Assembly: GCA_963805945.1 (NCBI GenBank)
Contig: CAWDVP010000006.1
Span: 128,001-192,000 of the forward strand
From: Vulcanimicrobiota bacterium
Lineage (GTDB): Bacteria; Vulcanimicrobiota; Vulcanimicrobiia; Eremiobacterales; Eremiobacteraceae
Direction: 5' to 3'
Length of the DNA: 64,000 nucleotides
This document shows, piece after piece, positions 1 to 10,330 of the stretch. The position numbers and the translations under genes are program-made. The notes beneath the pieces were generated by a model. It was given only the letters and a program-made list of their open reading frames with translations. It was not told the DNA's origin and ran no database searches. Every line of letters begins with the position of its first letter. Position 1 is the stretch's first letter.

Positions 1-461
1 ACCACGAAATCGGTGACCACGCCGACGACCGCGGGCGCATCTGCGAACTCGCGCTTGTACTCCGCCATCACGCCGCACGGGAACGCGTGCGTGCAGACGA
101 CGACGTCGGGCGCGCGCTCCGCGACGTACTGGCGCAGGTTGAGCGCGGTGTAGCGATGGAGCCATTTCTTGAACGGCGACACGTGCGTCGCGCGTTCCGC
201 CTGATCGTAGATCATGCCGTACAGCTGCGGCAGCATCTTCACCATGCCGATGTAGCCGTTGCTCGCCAGGTGATGGAACGTCTCGGAGGCGTACCGGTAC
301 GAGTCGACCACGTCGCATTGGCACTCAGGCGCGCGCTGGGCCATGATGCCGCAGATCGCCTGCGCCGCCGCCGTGTGCCCTTCACCGACGCTCGCTGAGA
401 GGAACAGCACCTTGGGCGTGCGCGTCCAGGTCGCGCGCGGCCGCACGTCAGTCTGCAGCAT
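1..461 (-). CDS. MGDG synthase/UgtP-like diacylglycerol glycosyltransferase (3' end outside window)
   Basis: Manual translation MLQTDVRP..KVLFLSASVGEGHTAAA..PDVVVCTHAFP..VVTDF; the GxGH and CTH motifs fit GT28/MGDG synthases. Confidence 0.85.
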   Translation of the reverse strand, partial: MLQTDVRPRATWTRTPKVLFLSASVGEGHTAAAQAICGIMAQRAPECQCDVVDSYRYASETFHHLASNGYIGMVKMLPQLYGMIYDQAERATHVSPFKKWLHRYTALNLRQYVAERAPDVVVCTHAFPCGVMAEYKREFADAPAVVGVVTDFV

Positions 462-751
462 CACGACTCGTCGGCGTGCTTGAGGAAATCATCGAGCACT
501 TCTTGCGCGAGCGCGGTGTCGTCCACGAGCGCCCCGAACGCGTTGGTCACCATGAACTCGTCGACGGTTTCGCAGTAGCAGATCGCGTAATGGGTCTCCC
601 CTTCCGGCTCCTCGAGCAGCCCGACGACTTCGAATTCGACCTCGCGCGGCGGTGCATCCGGGGTGGCGCCGCCGAGCGCGGTGACGACCACGATCGTGTC
701 GCCCAATTCGACCCGCTGTGCGCTATGTTGCGTGCCGTTGTCCACTGTCAT
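461..751 (-). CDS. DUF1292-like small acidic protein
   Basis: 96 aa, MTVDNG..EVEFEVVGLLE..YAI; near ruvX/mltG as in Bacillota. Confidence 0.6.
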   Translation of the reverse strand: MTVDNGTQHSAQRVELGDTIVVVTALGGATPDAPPREVEFEVVGLLEEPEGETHYAICYCETVDEFMVTNAFGALVDDTALAQEVLDDFLKHADES

Positions 752-785
752 GTGCTTTGACGCGTATCCGAAAAGCACCCTTTCC

Positions 786-1772
786 TCAGTGCAGGTAGCG
801 CCGCTCCGCCGCCTGCTGCTCCGCCAAGGTGTGCGAGAAATGGTGGTGCCCTCCGCCCGCATACACGTAATACAGATACTCGGTATGCGCCGGATGCAGC
901 GCGGCCTGGATCGACGCGATACCCGGATTCGAGATCGGCGTGGGCGGCAGGCCGATGTGCGCATAGGTGTTGTACGGGCTGTCCACCGCGAGATCGCTGT
1001 AGTGCAGCACGTTCTTGTGCTGCGGGAGCGCATACTCGATGGTCGCATCCACCTCGAGCGGCATGCCGCGCTTGAGGCGGTTGTAGTAGACCGATGCCAT
1101 GAGCCGGCGCTCGCTATCGAGCTTCGCCTCGCGCTCGATGATCGACGCGACGGTGACGATCTCCGGCAGGCTCAAGCCGATGTGGCGCGCCAAGCGCTCG
1201 TAATCCTTGGGCAGCTTCTTGCGGAATTGGTCGGTCATCTGCGTCGCGATCGCTTGCGGCGTCGCGTCGCGCCTGATCTGATACGTGTCGGGATACAGGT
1301 AGCCTTCGAGCCCGCGCGTGAGCGCGCCGCCGAAGAGCAGGCTGTTCTGATTGACCACCGCGATAAAGCCCGCCGGGTCGCCGAGGTTCTGCGCGGCGAG
1401 CCGGTGCGCGATCTCGCGCGCCGTGTAGCCCTCCGGAATCGTCACCCACACGACCGACGGATGGCCGCCGGACGCGAGCCGATCGACGACCTCCACCAGC
1501 GTCTGGTGCGCAGGGAAGTCATAATCAGCCGCGTTGACGCGTGACGCCACGCCGCGGAATTTCGCATAGAACTTGAGCAGCACGTCCGCGCGGATCACGC
1601 CGGCGTCGCGCAGCAGCTGGCCGATCTCCCCGATGCCGTCGCCGGACGGCACAGTGACCGTCACCGGCGCGACCGGCAACGAACGGTCCCCCGCGATCAT
1701 CCATCCGAGAAACCCGATGAAGATAAACGCGAGCACCAGCGCGCCAGCGAACGCCGTCCACACGACTCGCAC
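786..1772 (-). CDS. mltG: endolytic transglycosylase MltG
   Basis: N-terminal TM; VTIPEG, LEGYLYPDTY, ASIIEREA, SPYNTY, GLPPTPISNPG motifs. Confidence 0.95.
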   Translation of the reverse strand: MRVVWTAFAGALVLAFIFIGFLGWMIAGDRSLPVAPVTVTVPSGDGIGEIGQLLRDAGVIRADVLLKFYAKFRGVASRVNAADYDFPAHQTLVEVVDRLASGGHPSVVWVTIPEGYTAREIAHRLAAQNLGDPAGFIAVVNQNSLLFGGALTRGLEGYLYPDTYQIRRDATPQAIATQMTDQFRKKLPKDYERLARHIGLSLPEIVTVASIIEREAKLDSERRLMASVYYNRLKRGMPLEVDATIEYALPQHKNVLHYSDLAVDSPYNTYAHIGLPPTPISNPGIASIQAALHPAHTEYLYYVYAGGGHHHFSHTLAEQQAAERRYLH

Positions 1773-1773
1773 G

Positions 1774-2202
1774 TCAGCGCTCCTGCCCGCGGACGCCGGC
1801 GCGATACGATTCCAAGATCTCCACCGCCGCAAGACGGTCGACGACCTCGCGCCGCTTGCTCGCGCTCATGCCGGCGTCGTGAAGCCGGCGATCCGCGGCG
1901 GCCGTGGTCAGCCGCTCATCCACGGCGACGACCTCGCCCGCGAACGCGGCGCGCAGCGCCGCGATGAACTTGTCCATCTGCTCCGCCGCCGGCCCGCGGC
2001 TGCCGTCCAAACGCAACGGATAGCCGACGACGATGGTCGCCGCGTCGCGTTCTTTCGCCAGCGCGACCAGCGCGGCGACGTCCTTCTCGCGCGACTGATG
2101 CCGCAGCGTCGTCACCGGCATGGCGGGAAGATCCATGCGTTCGCAGATGGCGACGCCGATACGCACGGAGCCGACGTCGACCGCGATCGTCGGCCGGTTC
2201 AC
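1774..2202 (-). CDS. ruvX: Holliday junction resolvase-like RuvX/YqgF
   Basis: AVDVGSVRIGVA, VVGYP, VDERLTT, VDRLAAVEIL. Confidence 0.95.
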   Translation of the reverse strand: MNRPTIAVDVGSVRIGVAICERMDLPAMPVTTLRHQSREKDVAALVALAKERDAATIVVGYPLRLDGSRGPAAEQMDKFIAALRAAFAGEVVAVDERLTTAAADRRLHDAGMSASKRREVVDRLAAVEILESYRAGVRGQER

Positions 2203-2996
2203 CGTGCGCCTGCTTTCGCGCTGCGCCGATGCGCGTCGCCCACTGTGAGCGCCTTCGAACGCCGGCCCAGTTGATACTCCACGAAGGGCCGCGTGAGCCG
2301 GCGCAGTCCGGCGATCTCCGGATGCTCGCGCATCGCTTCCAGCGGCACGCTCCGTAAGCTGCGCAGCGCGTTCAGTTCTGCGGCGCTGGCGCTCATGCTC
2401 CCGCCCTGCACCCCGCCCGCGCCGAGCTGCGTCTCGTCGACGCTGCAGCGCTTGCACACCAAGCCGCCCGAACTCGGCGATAGGCGGCAGCGACCGCCGG
2501 CGAGCGGCCGCTCGCCGAGCGCGGAACCGCACCGCGCGCAGGCGTCAAGTTCGGGTGACAGCCCGAGCGCGCCGAGCAGCCGCATGTCGACCGCCGGCGC
2601 CAGCCGGTCGGCGGCCACCCCGGCGCCGATCGCCGCGTGCAGCTCGGAGAGCAGTTCGTAGAGGTCGGGGACGGCCAGATCCGGTTCGACCAGCGCGTCG
2701 ATGACCTCGGCGACATATGAGGCCAGTCCGAACGTCTCCGGTTCGACGAGTTGTTGCCACGCATCCGCGACGCTGCGCGCGCCGGTGACGACCTCGAGAC
2801 TGCGCCCCACATGCAGCGTGAGCGACACGCGATTGAAGAAATCTAGGCGCGCGCCGAAACGGCTCTGCGTCTTGCGGGAGCCTTTTGCGACCGCGTGCAG
2901 CTTGCCGCGCTCGCGCGAGAAGAGCGTGAGGATGCGATCCGCCTCGCCGAGCGGGCGCAGACGGAGCACGAAGGCTTCGACGGTATAGGATTTCAC
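2199..2996 (-). CDS. recO: DNA repair protein RecO
   Basis: GEADRILTLFSRERGK..AKG; CARC/CKRC zinc finger. Confidence 0.95.
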   Translation of the reverse strand: MKSYTVEAFVLRLRPLGEADRILTLFSRERGKLHAVAKGSRKTQSRFGARLDFFNRVSLTLHVGRSLEVVTGARSVADAWQQLVEPETFGLASYVAEVIDALVEPDLAVPDLYELLSELHAAIGAGVAADRLAPAVDMRLLGALGLSPELDACARCGSALGERPLAGGRCRLSPSSGGLVCKRCSVDETQLGAGGVQGGSMSASAAELNALRSLRSVPLEAMREHPEIAGLRRLTRPFVEYQLGRRSKALTVGDAHRRSAKAGAR

Positions 2997-3039
2997 GTAC
3001 AGTTGACCGCCGTCGGACGCGGCGGCTGACGAAGAGCCG

Positions 3040-3492
3040 CTAGCGCGCGGCCAGCTCCAACCCTTCGGTCGGCGCCGCGGCTATCGAACGGCCGGTCATC
3101 GGCGACGGCATCAGGTCGTGCAGCTGCATCTTCTCGAACGAGCCGTCCGGCAGGCAGCGCAACACGAGGATGTCCGGTGAGAACTCCGATAGCACCTGAC
3201 GGCACGCACCGCACGGCAGCATGCCCGCGGGGCTGTCGCCTGCGACGGCGATCGCGACAAAGGACCGCACGCCCGCGGCAGCTGCGGCGCCGACGGCGAC
3301 GCGCTCCGCGCACATCGAGAGTCCATACGATGGATTCTCGACGTTGGCGCCGGTGAAGATGCGCCCGTCGGCGGTCAGCAGAGCCGCGCCGACGCGGAAC
3401 TGCGAGTACGGCGCGTACGCCCATAACCACGTCTCCCACGCCTTTTTCGCGAGGGACTCCATGTGCGCTTTGTCGATTCTTGGCACCGACAT
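3040..3492 (-). CDS. cdd: cytidine deaminase
   Basis: AYAPYSQFRVGAAL, NVEN, CAER, PCGACRQ. Confidence 0.95.
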   Translation of the reverse strand: MSVPRIDKAHMESLAKKAWETWLWAYAPYSQFRVGAALLTADGRIFTGANVENPSYGLSMCAERVAVGAAAAAGVRSFVAIAVAGDSPAGMLPCGACRQVLSEFSPDILVLRCLPDGSFEKMQLHDLMPSPMTGRSIAAAPTEGLELAAR

Positions 3493-3533
3493 CTCCTTGA
3501 TGAATGCCGCGATGCATCGTCGCGGTTCGCGTG

Positions 3534-4835
3534 CTAAATGACTTGGCGCGGCGCGGCCGCAGTCCCGTTGGTCGAAGACGCCTTCTTGATGCGGACGGAG
3601 CGCAACCTTCTGCCGGCGGTCTCCTCGACGACCAGGGTTGCGCCATCTCCGATAGGCACTTGGTCGCCTGGCAACGGGACACGGCCGAACTGACCGAACG
3701 CATAACCGCCTATGCTCTCGAAGTCCTCGGTGGGCAGGTGCAGCCCGAGCTCCTCGTTGACGTCCTCGATGCTCATGCGAGCGTCGACCACGACCTCGCC
3801 ATCGGACACGTGTTTGACCTCGGCCGGCTTGTCGTGCTCGTCGGCGTCGTATTCGTCCATGATCTCGCCGACGATCTCTTCGAGCAGGTCTTCCATGGTG
3901 ACCAGCCCCGCCGTCCCGCCGTACTCGTCGACGACCACCGCCACCGAGACCTTTTCGGCCTGCATCTCGCGGATGAGCTCGTCGACCTTCTTGTTCTCGG
4001 GGATCGCCTTGACCGGGCGCATCAGCGACCGCATCGACTTCGCGAGCTCCCCCCTGGTCATCGAGACGAGCAGTTCGCGGTCGTGGACGACGCCGATGAT
4101 ATGGTCGATGTTGCCCTCGTACACGGGCAGCTTCGAGTAGCCTTCTTTGATGACCAGCTCCACGCCGGTCGAGACCGGATCGTCGGCGTCGGCGCAGATG
4201 ATGTCGATGCGCGGCGTCATGACTTCGCTCACCGCGGTGTCGCCCAGCTCGAAGATCGAGTGGATCATCTCCTTCTCTTCTTCTTCGATGACGCCGTGGC
4301 GTTCGCCGGCGTTGACGAGTGCGCGGATGTCGTCCTCGGTGACGTACGGGCCGTGCGCGCGCGGATCGCCGCCGAAGAGGCGGATGACCATGGAGGTCAT
4401 GCCCACGAGCGCCCAGGTGATCGGCTGCAAGATCCGCGCCGTGAGGTGCAAGAACCACGCGAGCCGGGGCGCCCAGCGCAACGGATCCTGGACGACGACC
4501 ATCTTGGGCAGGATCTCCGCGAAGATCAGCACGGCGACGGCCATGACGAGCGTCGCGACCAGCACGGGGTTGAGCACCCCTTCTTCGATCGCGAGCCAGG
4601 TGGCGATGGATTCGGCGGCGAGCAGCACCAGCGTGTTGCCCACCAGCATGGTGGTGAGATAACGGTTGCGATCGTCGAGCAGCTTGCCCAGCGATTTGCC
4701 GACGTCGTCATCCGTGCGCTGGAGCAGGCGCAATCGGCTCAACGCCAGCAACGCCGCCTCCGACGCGGCGAACATCGCGGCGAGCGCGACCAGGGCGGCG
4801 ATGCCGAGGAGCGTCCAAAGTTTAGGGTCTGCCAT
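3534..4835 (-). CDS. hemolysin/CNNM family protein (DUF21 + CBS pair + CorC)
   Basis: FAASEAAL, EILPK, VMTPR, VVDEYGGTAGLVTMEDLLEEIVGEI. Confidence 0.92.
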   Translation of the reverse strand: MADPKLWTLLGIAALVALAAMFAASEAALLALSRLRLLQRTDDDVGKSLGKLLDDRNRYLTTMLVGNTLVLLAAESIATWLAIEEGVLNPVLVATLVMAVAVLIFAEILPKMVVVQDPLRWAPRLAWFLHLTARILQPITWALVGMTSMVIRLFGGDPRAHGPYVTEDDIRALVNAGERHGVIEEEEKEMIHSIFELGDTAVSEVMTPRIDIICADADDPVSTGVELVIKEGYSKLPVYEGNIDHIIGVVHDRELLVSMTRGELAKSMRSLMRPVKAIPENKKVDELIREMQAEKVSVAVVVDEYGGTAGLVTMEDLLEEIVGEIMDEYDADEHDKPAEVKHVSDGEVVVDARMSIEDVNEELGLHLPTEDFESIGGYAFGQFGRVPLPGDQVPIGDGATLVVEETAGRRLRSVRIKKASSTNGTAAAPRQVI

Positions 4836-4891
4836 GAACTCCTCGTACGTTCGCCACAGCGGCCCTCTTCTCCACCCGCGTCACGACGGCG

Positions 4892-5251
4892 CTAGCGCTC
4901 CGCAAGCGCGCCGCCATACAGCCACACGCCCACCAGCAGGGCCGCGATGCTGGCCGCCAAGACGGCCCCTGCCCCCGCATGTTTCGCGGCTTGGGCGAGT
5001 TTGCTCGGATCGGGTGCCGCCGCGTCCAGCGCGCGTTCGAGCGCGGTGTTCATGAGCTCTGCCGTCAGCACGATGCCGACGGTGAGCGCCAAGACAGCCC
5101 AGCGCATCGTGTTGAAGTTCAACAGCGCGCCGAGGAGCACCGCGACGACCCCCACGCCGACCTGGATGCGGAAGTTGCGCTGCTCGCGGAAGGTCTGCGC
5201 GATGCCGTCCGCGGCATCGTCGAGCGCGCGCATGAACGAGCGCTTAACCAT
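4892..5251 (-). CDS. dgkA: diacylglycerol/undecaprenol kinase DgkA
   Basis: EQRNFRIQ, ELMNTALE, AKHAGAGAV; three TMs; follows ybeY. Confidence 0.9.
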   Translation of the reverse strand: MVKRSFMRALDDAADGIAQTFREQRNFRIQVGVGVVAVLLGALLNFNTMRWAVLALTVGIVLTAELMNTALERALDAAAPDPSKLAQAAKHAGAGAVLAASIAALLVGVWLYGGALAER

Positions 5252-5696
5252 CGCGGTCCAAGGCGCGCAAAAGCCGCCTCGCAAGTCCGTGCATGCGCGC
5301 CGCCGCGCGCCGCTCGTGGTGATCGTAGCCGCACAGATGCAGTGCGCCATGCACGATGAGCCGCTCGATCTCTTGCGGGGTGGTGGCGCCGTACTCGCGG
5401 GCCTGTCTGCGCGCGCTGTCCACCGACACGACGATGTCGCCGAACGGTTCGCCGCTGCGCAGCCCGTCCGAGAGCTCGAACGACAGCACGTCGGTGGCAC
5501 GATCGCGGCCGCGATACTCGCGGTTGAGCCGCCGGATCGTCTGGTCGCTGCTCAGCACGAGGGTCACGTCGCCTCGTACGCGCGGCGCCGCGCGCGCAAG
5601 CGTGTGCAGCACCGCGCGCCGGAAGCGCGCGACCGCCTTGGGCGCCTTGCTCGAGCGCCGCACGAAGACGCGCGGGCCTGCATCATCGGTCTTCAT
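5244..5696 (-). CDS. ybeY: rRNA maturation endoribonuclease YbeY
   Basis: LNREYRGRDRATDVLSF, HGALHLCGYDH. Confidence 0.95.
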   Translation of the reverse strand: MKTDDAGPRVFVRRSSKAPKAVARFRRAVLHTLARAAPRVRGDVTLVLSSDQTIRRLNREYRGRDRATDVLSFELSDGLRSGEPFGDIVVSVDSARRQAREYGATTPQEIERLIVHGALHLCGYDHHERRAAARMHGLARRLLRALDRDG

Positions 5697-6630
5697 ATGC
5701 TTCGATGATCCGGCGGATGAGCGGGTGGCGCACGATATCGGCTCCGGTCAAACGCACGACGGCCGTGTCGTCGACGGACTCGAACCGGCGCGCAGCGCCG
5801 ACAAGACCCGATTCGACCACCACCGGCAGATCGATCTGCGTGACGTCGCCGCACACCAGCATGCGCGAACCCGAACCGATGCGCGTCAGGAACATCTTCA
5901 TCTGTTCGTTGGTCGTGTTCTGCGCCTCGTCGAGGACGATGAAGGAATCGGCGAGGGTGCGGCCGCGCATGTAGGCGAGCGGCGCCACCTCGATCTGGCC
6001 GCGCTCCACCGAGCGCGTGATGGCCTGCGGTTCGAGCAGTTCGCCGAGCGCGTCGAACAACGGGCGTAAGTACGGGTCGACCTTCTCTTGCAGGTCGCCC
6101 GGTAAGAAGCCGAGCTTCTCTCCGGCCTCGACCGCCGGCCGCGACAGGATGATGCGGGAGACGCGTCCGGCGCGCAATGCGGCGAGCGCGAGCACGACGG
6201 CCAGAAATGTCTTACCCGTGCCGGCCGGCCCGATGGCGAACACGAGCGTGTGCTTGCCGACCGCCTCCACGAGCTCACGCTGGCCAGGCGTACGCGGCCG
6301 GACGGTGCGGCCCTTGCGGGTGGTCGCCAGCGATCCCTCAAGGCCCTCCGGCTCGAGACCGTCGCGCGCAGCGCGCAGCGCCAGTTCGACGTCGAGCGCG
6401 TTGACGTCGGCGCCCCCGCGCGCAGCCTTGAGCAGCGCCTCGAGCGCCGCGGCCGCGATCGCGACCCGGCGCGGTTCGCCGGTCACGATGATCTCTTCGC
6501 CTTGCACGTGCAAGGCGACGCCTGCGCCGCGTTCGAGATGCGTGAGGTTGCCGTCGAGCTCGCCGAAAAGGCGTACGCGGTCATCAAGACCGCGCATGCT
6601 CATACGTGATTCAGATTCTGCTTGTGCCAA
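5683..6630 (-). CDS. phoH: PhoH family ATPase
   Basis: GPAGTGKT, RPAVEAGEKLGFLPG, LDEAQN. Confidence 0.95.
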   Translation of the reverse strand: MAQAESESRMSMRGLDDRVRLFGELDGNLTHLERGAGVALHVQGEEIIVTGEPRRVAIAAAALEALLKAARGGADVNALDVELALRAARDGLEPEGLEGSLATTRKGRTVRPRTPGQRELVEAVGKHTLVFAIGPAGTGKTFLAVVLALAALRAGRVSRIILSRPAVEAGEKLGFLPGDLQEKVDPYLRPLFDALGELLEPQAITRSVERGQIEVAPLAYMRGRTLADSFIVLDEAQNTTNEQMKMFLTRIGSGSRMLVCGDVTQIDLPVVVESGLVGAARRFESVDDTAVVRLTGADIVRHPLIRRIIEAYEDR

Positions 6631-6651
6631 TGCTGCCGCGCTGCGCCCGCG

Positions 6652-7212
6652 CTACCAGCCGCCGGGCTCTTGCGGCGCGCTGCGCAGCGCCACGCACGGT
6701 CCGACGATGGCGGCGTTGATGACGGCCTGCGCGAGATCAAATGGAGCGGTCGAATTCATTCGACCGCCCGCGCGGTCGACTGAAGTCGAACGCTCCACAT
6801 CCATCGTGATCGGAACGCTGGCACTCGAAGCGCTAGGCGCCGCTAGCGCGCGCAGATCGCTCATCACCTGGCCGTGGCCCATCGCCGGCGCAGTCGAAGC
6901 GCCGGTGGAGAGCGCGCGCAGCTTCTGCTGCAGTTCGGCGGCGGCCGTGCTCGCCTGGGCCTTCGCCGCGATCGCCTGGATGACGTGCTCGAGCCGCTGC
7001 GCGCGCGTCGAAGAATCCGGCGCTTGGCTCGTATCGTCCGAGATCGTAGCGGTCGTGGTCGCTGGAGCCGCTATCGTCCGCGCCGGCGCATTCGCCTGCG
7101 CCGTGCGTATCGCGCGCCGGATCGACGTGAAGATGCCGCTGACGAGCCAAAAGGCGATGAAGACCAGCGTGATCCAGCCGCCGAGGTCGGCGGCGAGCAC
7201 GTTGCCGGACAT
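6652..7212 (-). CDS. YqfB-like membrane-anchored protein (contains an in-frame REP doublet)
   Basis: N-terminal TM, low-complexity middle, C-terminal LAQAVINAAIVGPCVALR; between floA and phoH. Confidence 0.65.
   Translation of the reverse strand: MSGNVLAADLGGWITLVFIAFWLVSGIFTSIRRAIRTAQANAPARTIAAPATTTATISDDTSQAPDSSTRAQRLEHVIQAIAAKAQASTAAAELQQKLRALSTGASTAPAMGHGQVMSDLRALAAPSASSASVPITMDVERSTSVDRAGGRMNSTAPFDLAQAVINAAIVGPCVALRSAPQEPGGW
6741..6797. repeat. REP family A inverted doublet (REPIN-like) inside a CDS
   Basis: atggagcggtcgaattcattcgaccg followed by the inverted copy cggtcgactgaagtcgaacgctcca. Confidence 0.85.
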
Positions 7213-7235
7213 CACGCCGAGCGGCGCGCCCACGT

Positions 7236-8273
7236 CTATGAGGTCGGCGCGGGCGGCGTGCCGGGCGGCGGCGTGATGCCGCCGCTGCCGCCGGTCTGCG
7301 GCGTGCTGCCGCCGGCGATCGACTGACGCATCTCGCTGTCGGCGAGCACGTTGCGCATCCGGTAGTAATCCATGACTCCGAGGTTGCCGCTGCGGAACGC
7401 ATCGGCGATGGCGGCCGGCACGAGCGCCTCCGCCTCGACGACCTTGGCGCGCATCGCTTGGGTCTGCGCCTTCATCTCCTGCTCTTGCGCCTGCGCGGCG
7501 TATTGGCGCTCGGCCGCCTTTGCCTGCGCGACGCGGCGATCGGCTTCGGCCTGCGCTGTCTGTAGATCCGCGCCCACGTTCCGGCCGACGTCCACGTCGG
7601 CGATATCGATCGACACGATCTCGAACGCCGTGCCCGCGTCGAGCCCCTTGGCGAGCACCGTCTTGCTGATGTGATCGGGGTTCTCGAGGACCTCTTTGTA
7701 GTTCTCGCTGCCGCCGATCGCCGCCACGACGCCTTCGCCGACGCGGGCGATGATCGTCGGCTCGCCGGCGCCGCCGACGTAGCGATCCATGTTGGTGCGC
7801 ACGGTGATGCGCGCCTTGACGTTGAGCTGGATGCCGTCTTTGGCGACGCCTTGGAAGATCGGCGTCTCGATGACCTTGGGATTGACCGACGTCTGCACCG
7901 CTTCGAGCGGATTGCGGCCGGCGAGATCGATCGCGCACGCGCGCTGCCATTCGAGCGGGATCTGCGCGCGCTGCGCGGCGATGAGGGCGAGCACCACGCG
8001 GTCGAGGTGGCCGCCCGACAGATACTGCGCCTGCAGTTGGGAGTCGTTGACGTCGATACCGGCTTTGCGCGCCATGATGAGCGAATCGACGATCACCGAC
8101 GGCGGTATACCGATGATGCGCATCCGCACCAGGCTGAGGATGCCGATGCGCACCCCTGCGGCCTGCGCGCGGATCCATAAACCGAACGGGAAGTAATATA
8201 GGAAGACGAAGAACCCGACGATCAGGACGAGGAGGATGATCACCAGCCCGATGACGCTCAGATTACCCAGCAT
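7236..8273 (-). CDS. floA: flotillin-like protein FloA (YqfA)
   Basis: [41 protein letters not shown]. Confidence 0.95.
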   Translation of the reverse strand: MLGNLSVIGLVIILLVLIVGFFVFLYYFPFGLWIRAQAAGVRIGILSLVRMRIIGIPPSVIVDSLIMARKAGIDVNDSQLQAQYLSGGHLDRVVLALIAAQRAQIPLEWQRACAIDLAGRNPLEAVQTSVNPKVIETPIFQGVAKDGIQLNVKARITVRTNMDRYVGGAGEPTIIARVGEGVVAAIGGSENYKEVLENPDHISKTVLAKGLDAGTAFEIVSIDIADVDVGRNVGADLQTAQAEADRRVAQAKAAERQYAAQAQEQEMKAQTQAMRAKVVEAEALVPAAIADAFRSGNLGVMDYYRMRNVLADSEMRQSIAGGSTPQTGGSGGITPPPGTPPAPTS

Positions 8274-8288
8274 TGAAAGCTCGCTCCC

Positions 8289-9653
8289 TTACGCGGCCCG
8301 TGTGACGAAGATAGTGGCGCCTTCGACTTTAGCGACGACGACCCGCGTCTGCGCGGGCATGAAGTCGCCGCTCGACTGCACTTGATAGCGCGCGCCGTCG
8401 ATGGTGGCGACGCCCGCCGGACGCAGATACGTCTCGGCGACGCCCTGTTTGCCGACCAGATGCGCGAGCGACTTCGAGGTGACGTAGCCGGCCTCGATGG
8501 ATTGCGCGCCTGCGAATGCGATGCGGCGCATGAACGCGCTTTCGGGCAGCCAGCGCAATATGAAGAAGAACGCGACGAGCGCGAGGATGAGCGACAGCGC
8601 GGTGTTCACGATGCCCACGACCCAGAACGCGGCGCCGAAGGCCATGACGATGCTCGTGAGGATGAGCAGCGCCCCGACCAGCCCCGCGATGCCATGGCCC
8701 GGCAGCACGTGCAATTCGAAGAGCAGCGCCACCACCCCGAGCGCGAACAGCGCGACGATGACCCAATTCGACGCCCCGGCGATGATGTGGCCGCCGAAGA
8801 ACAGCGCCAGGGCCAGGATGCCGATGACGCCGGCGACGAGATGCAGCGTCTGCATCTCGAGGAAGAGGCCTAGGAAGCCGATCGTGAGCAGGATGCCCGA
8901 GACGATCGGGTCGGTGACGAATTGCGCGATCCGTTCGCCCAGCGTCGGCTCGCTCACCACGATGCGCGCCCCAGTGATGCCCGCGAGTTCGAGCGCGGCG
9001 CCGCTCGAGTTGGCCATGCCGTCCACGAACTTCATGTCGGTCGCCTGCTTGGCGGACAGCGTCAGCAGCTTGCCCTTGGCCTTGAGCCCCGGGACGTCCA
9101 GGGACGGATCGACCATCGCGCTCGCGACCTTCGGATCGCGATGATGCGCTTCGGCGAGCGACTCGAACTCGGCTTTGAGCGCTGAGATGGCCTTCTCTCC
9201 GGCGGGCTGCGTCGTGCCGCCGGTGCCGAGCAACACCGGCTCGGCTGCGCCCATGCTCGATCCGGGCGCCATGTAGATCTTATCGCACGACAGCGCGATG
9301 AGCGCACCTGCCGACCACGCGCGATCCGAGACGAAGGCGATGGTCTGCAGGCCGGACGTGCGCAGCGCGTCCTTGATGTCGTTGGCGTCGTCGACCAGCC
9401 CGCCGTTGGTCTTGATGTCGAGCACCAGCGTCTTGGCGCCGTTGGCGTGCGCTTCGTCGATGGCCCGGCTGATGCGATGCGCCATGCCGGCGTTGATGAT
9501 GCCGTCTACATTGACGACCTGCACGACGGCTTGCGCGCCGGTACCGGCGGCGGCGGACGGTCGACTGAAGTCGACCGCTACATATCCGAGCGTGCCGACC
9601 ACGACCGCGGAGCAGAACGCGGCGAGCCGGGCGAGTCTTAGGAATCTTTTCAT
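8289..9653 (-). CDS. nfeD: NfeD family membrane serine protease
   Basis: TNGGLV, AWSAGALIALSCD, TM region, LRPAG OB-fold. Confidence 0.92.
   Translation of the reverse strand: MKRFLRLARLAAFCSAVVVGTLGYVAVDFSRPSAAAGTGAQAVVQVVNVDGIINAGMAHRISRAIDEAHANGAKTLVLDIKTNGGLVDDANDIKDALRTSGLQTIAFVSDRAWSAGALIALSCDKIYMAPGSSMGAAEPVLLGTGGTTQPAGEKAISALKAEFESLAEAHHRDPKVASAMVDPSLDVPGLKAKGKLLTLSAKQATDMKFVDGMANSSGAALELAGITGARIVVSEPTLGERIAQFVTDPIVSGILLTIGFLGLFLEMQTLHLVAGVIGILALALFFGGHIIAGASNWVIVALFALGVVALLFELHVLPGHGIAGLVGALLILTSIVMAFGAAFWVVGIVNTALSLILALVAFFFILRWLPESAFMRRIAFAGAQSIEAGYVTSKSLAHLVGKQGVAETYLRPAGVATIDGARYQVQSSGDFMPAQTRVVVAKVEGATIFVTRAA
9558..9583 (-). repeat. REP family A copy inside nfeD
   Basis: Minus strand atgtagcggtcgacttcagtcgaccg, read in frame as YVAVDFSRP. 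Confidence 0.85.
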
Positions 9654-10105
9654 GATCGTGCCGCCATCGCGGCTTTCACCGCCTCCTGAATCGCGTTGCC
9701 GTTGGCGCGCTTGGCGAGCGGAGCCATCGCCGCTTTCATCGCGTCACCGAACTTGGCGTCTGCCGGCAGGCCCTTGACGATCGCGTCGATCTCCGCGCGC
9801 AGCTGCGCGGGGTCCATGTCGGCGGGCAGATATTCTTTGAGGATCTCGCGCTCGCGCGACTCTTTGTCGGCGAGGTCTTGGCGCTTGCCCTTGACGTACT
9901 CGGCGATCGAGTCTTCGCGCTGTTTGACCTGCTTGCGCACGACGTCTTGCTGCTCGTCGTTGCTCAGCGGCAGGTTAAGGTCGATGCGACGATAGTTCAT
10001 GGCCGAGACGAGCATGCGTAGGGTCGCCGTCCGCTCCGTATCGCGGGCTTTCATCGCGGTCTTGAGGTCATCGCCCAGGCGGTCGATGATGCTCTTGTTT
10101 TCCAT
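9650..10105 (-). CDS. yqeY: GatB/YqeY domain protein
   Basis: DLKTAMKARD..LRML..KQREDSIAEY..R.DLADKE..YLP. Confidence 0.92.
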   Translation of the reverse strand: MENKSIIDRLGDDLKTAMKARDTERTATLRMLVSAMNYRRIDLNLPLSNDEQQDVVRKQVKQREDSIAEYVKGKRQDLADKESREREILKEYLPADMDPAQLRAEIDAIVKGLPADAKFGDAMKAAMAPLAKRANGNAIQEAVKAAMAARS

Positions 10106-10159
10106 TATGCGGACACAATATTAGGGGCGACCCTCGGTCGCCCCCTTTGTGCTTCGGAC

Positions 10160-10330
10160 TTACGTTCGCCGTTTGCGCGCGGCGGCCGATTTCTTCTTGC
10201 GGCGCACGCTCGGCTTCTCGTAGTGCTCGTGCCGGCGCGCTTCCGCGAGCACGCCTGATTTCTGGCACATCTTCTTGAAACGCTTGAGGGCGCTGTCGAT
10301 CGATTCGTTGGGACCGACTCTCGTTTCCAT
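10160..10330 (-). CDS. rpsU: 30S ribosomal protein S21
   Basis: Manual translation [38 protein letters not shown] (56 aa, below the ORF track cut-off). Confidence 0.95.
   Translation of the reverse strand: METRVGPNESIDSALKRFKKMCQKSGVLAEARRHEHYEKPSVRRKKKSAAARKRRT

Noticed and set aside
2996..3040. Absence of era between cdd and recO (and of whiA after yvcK)
   Set aside because: Ordinary gene-order variation; the genes may lie elsewhere.
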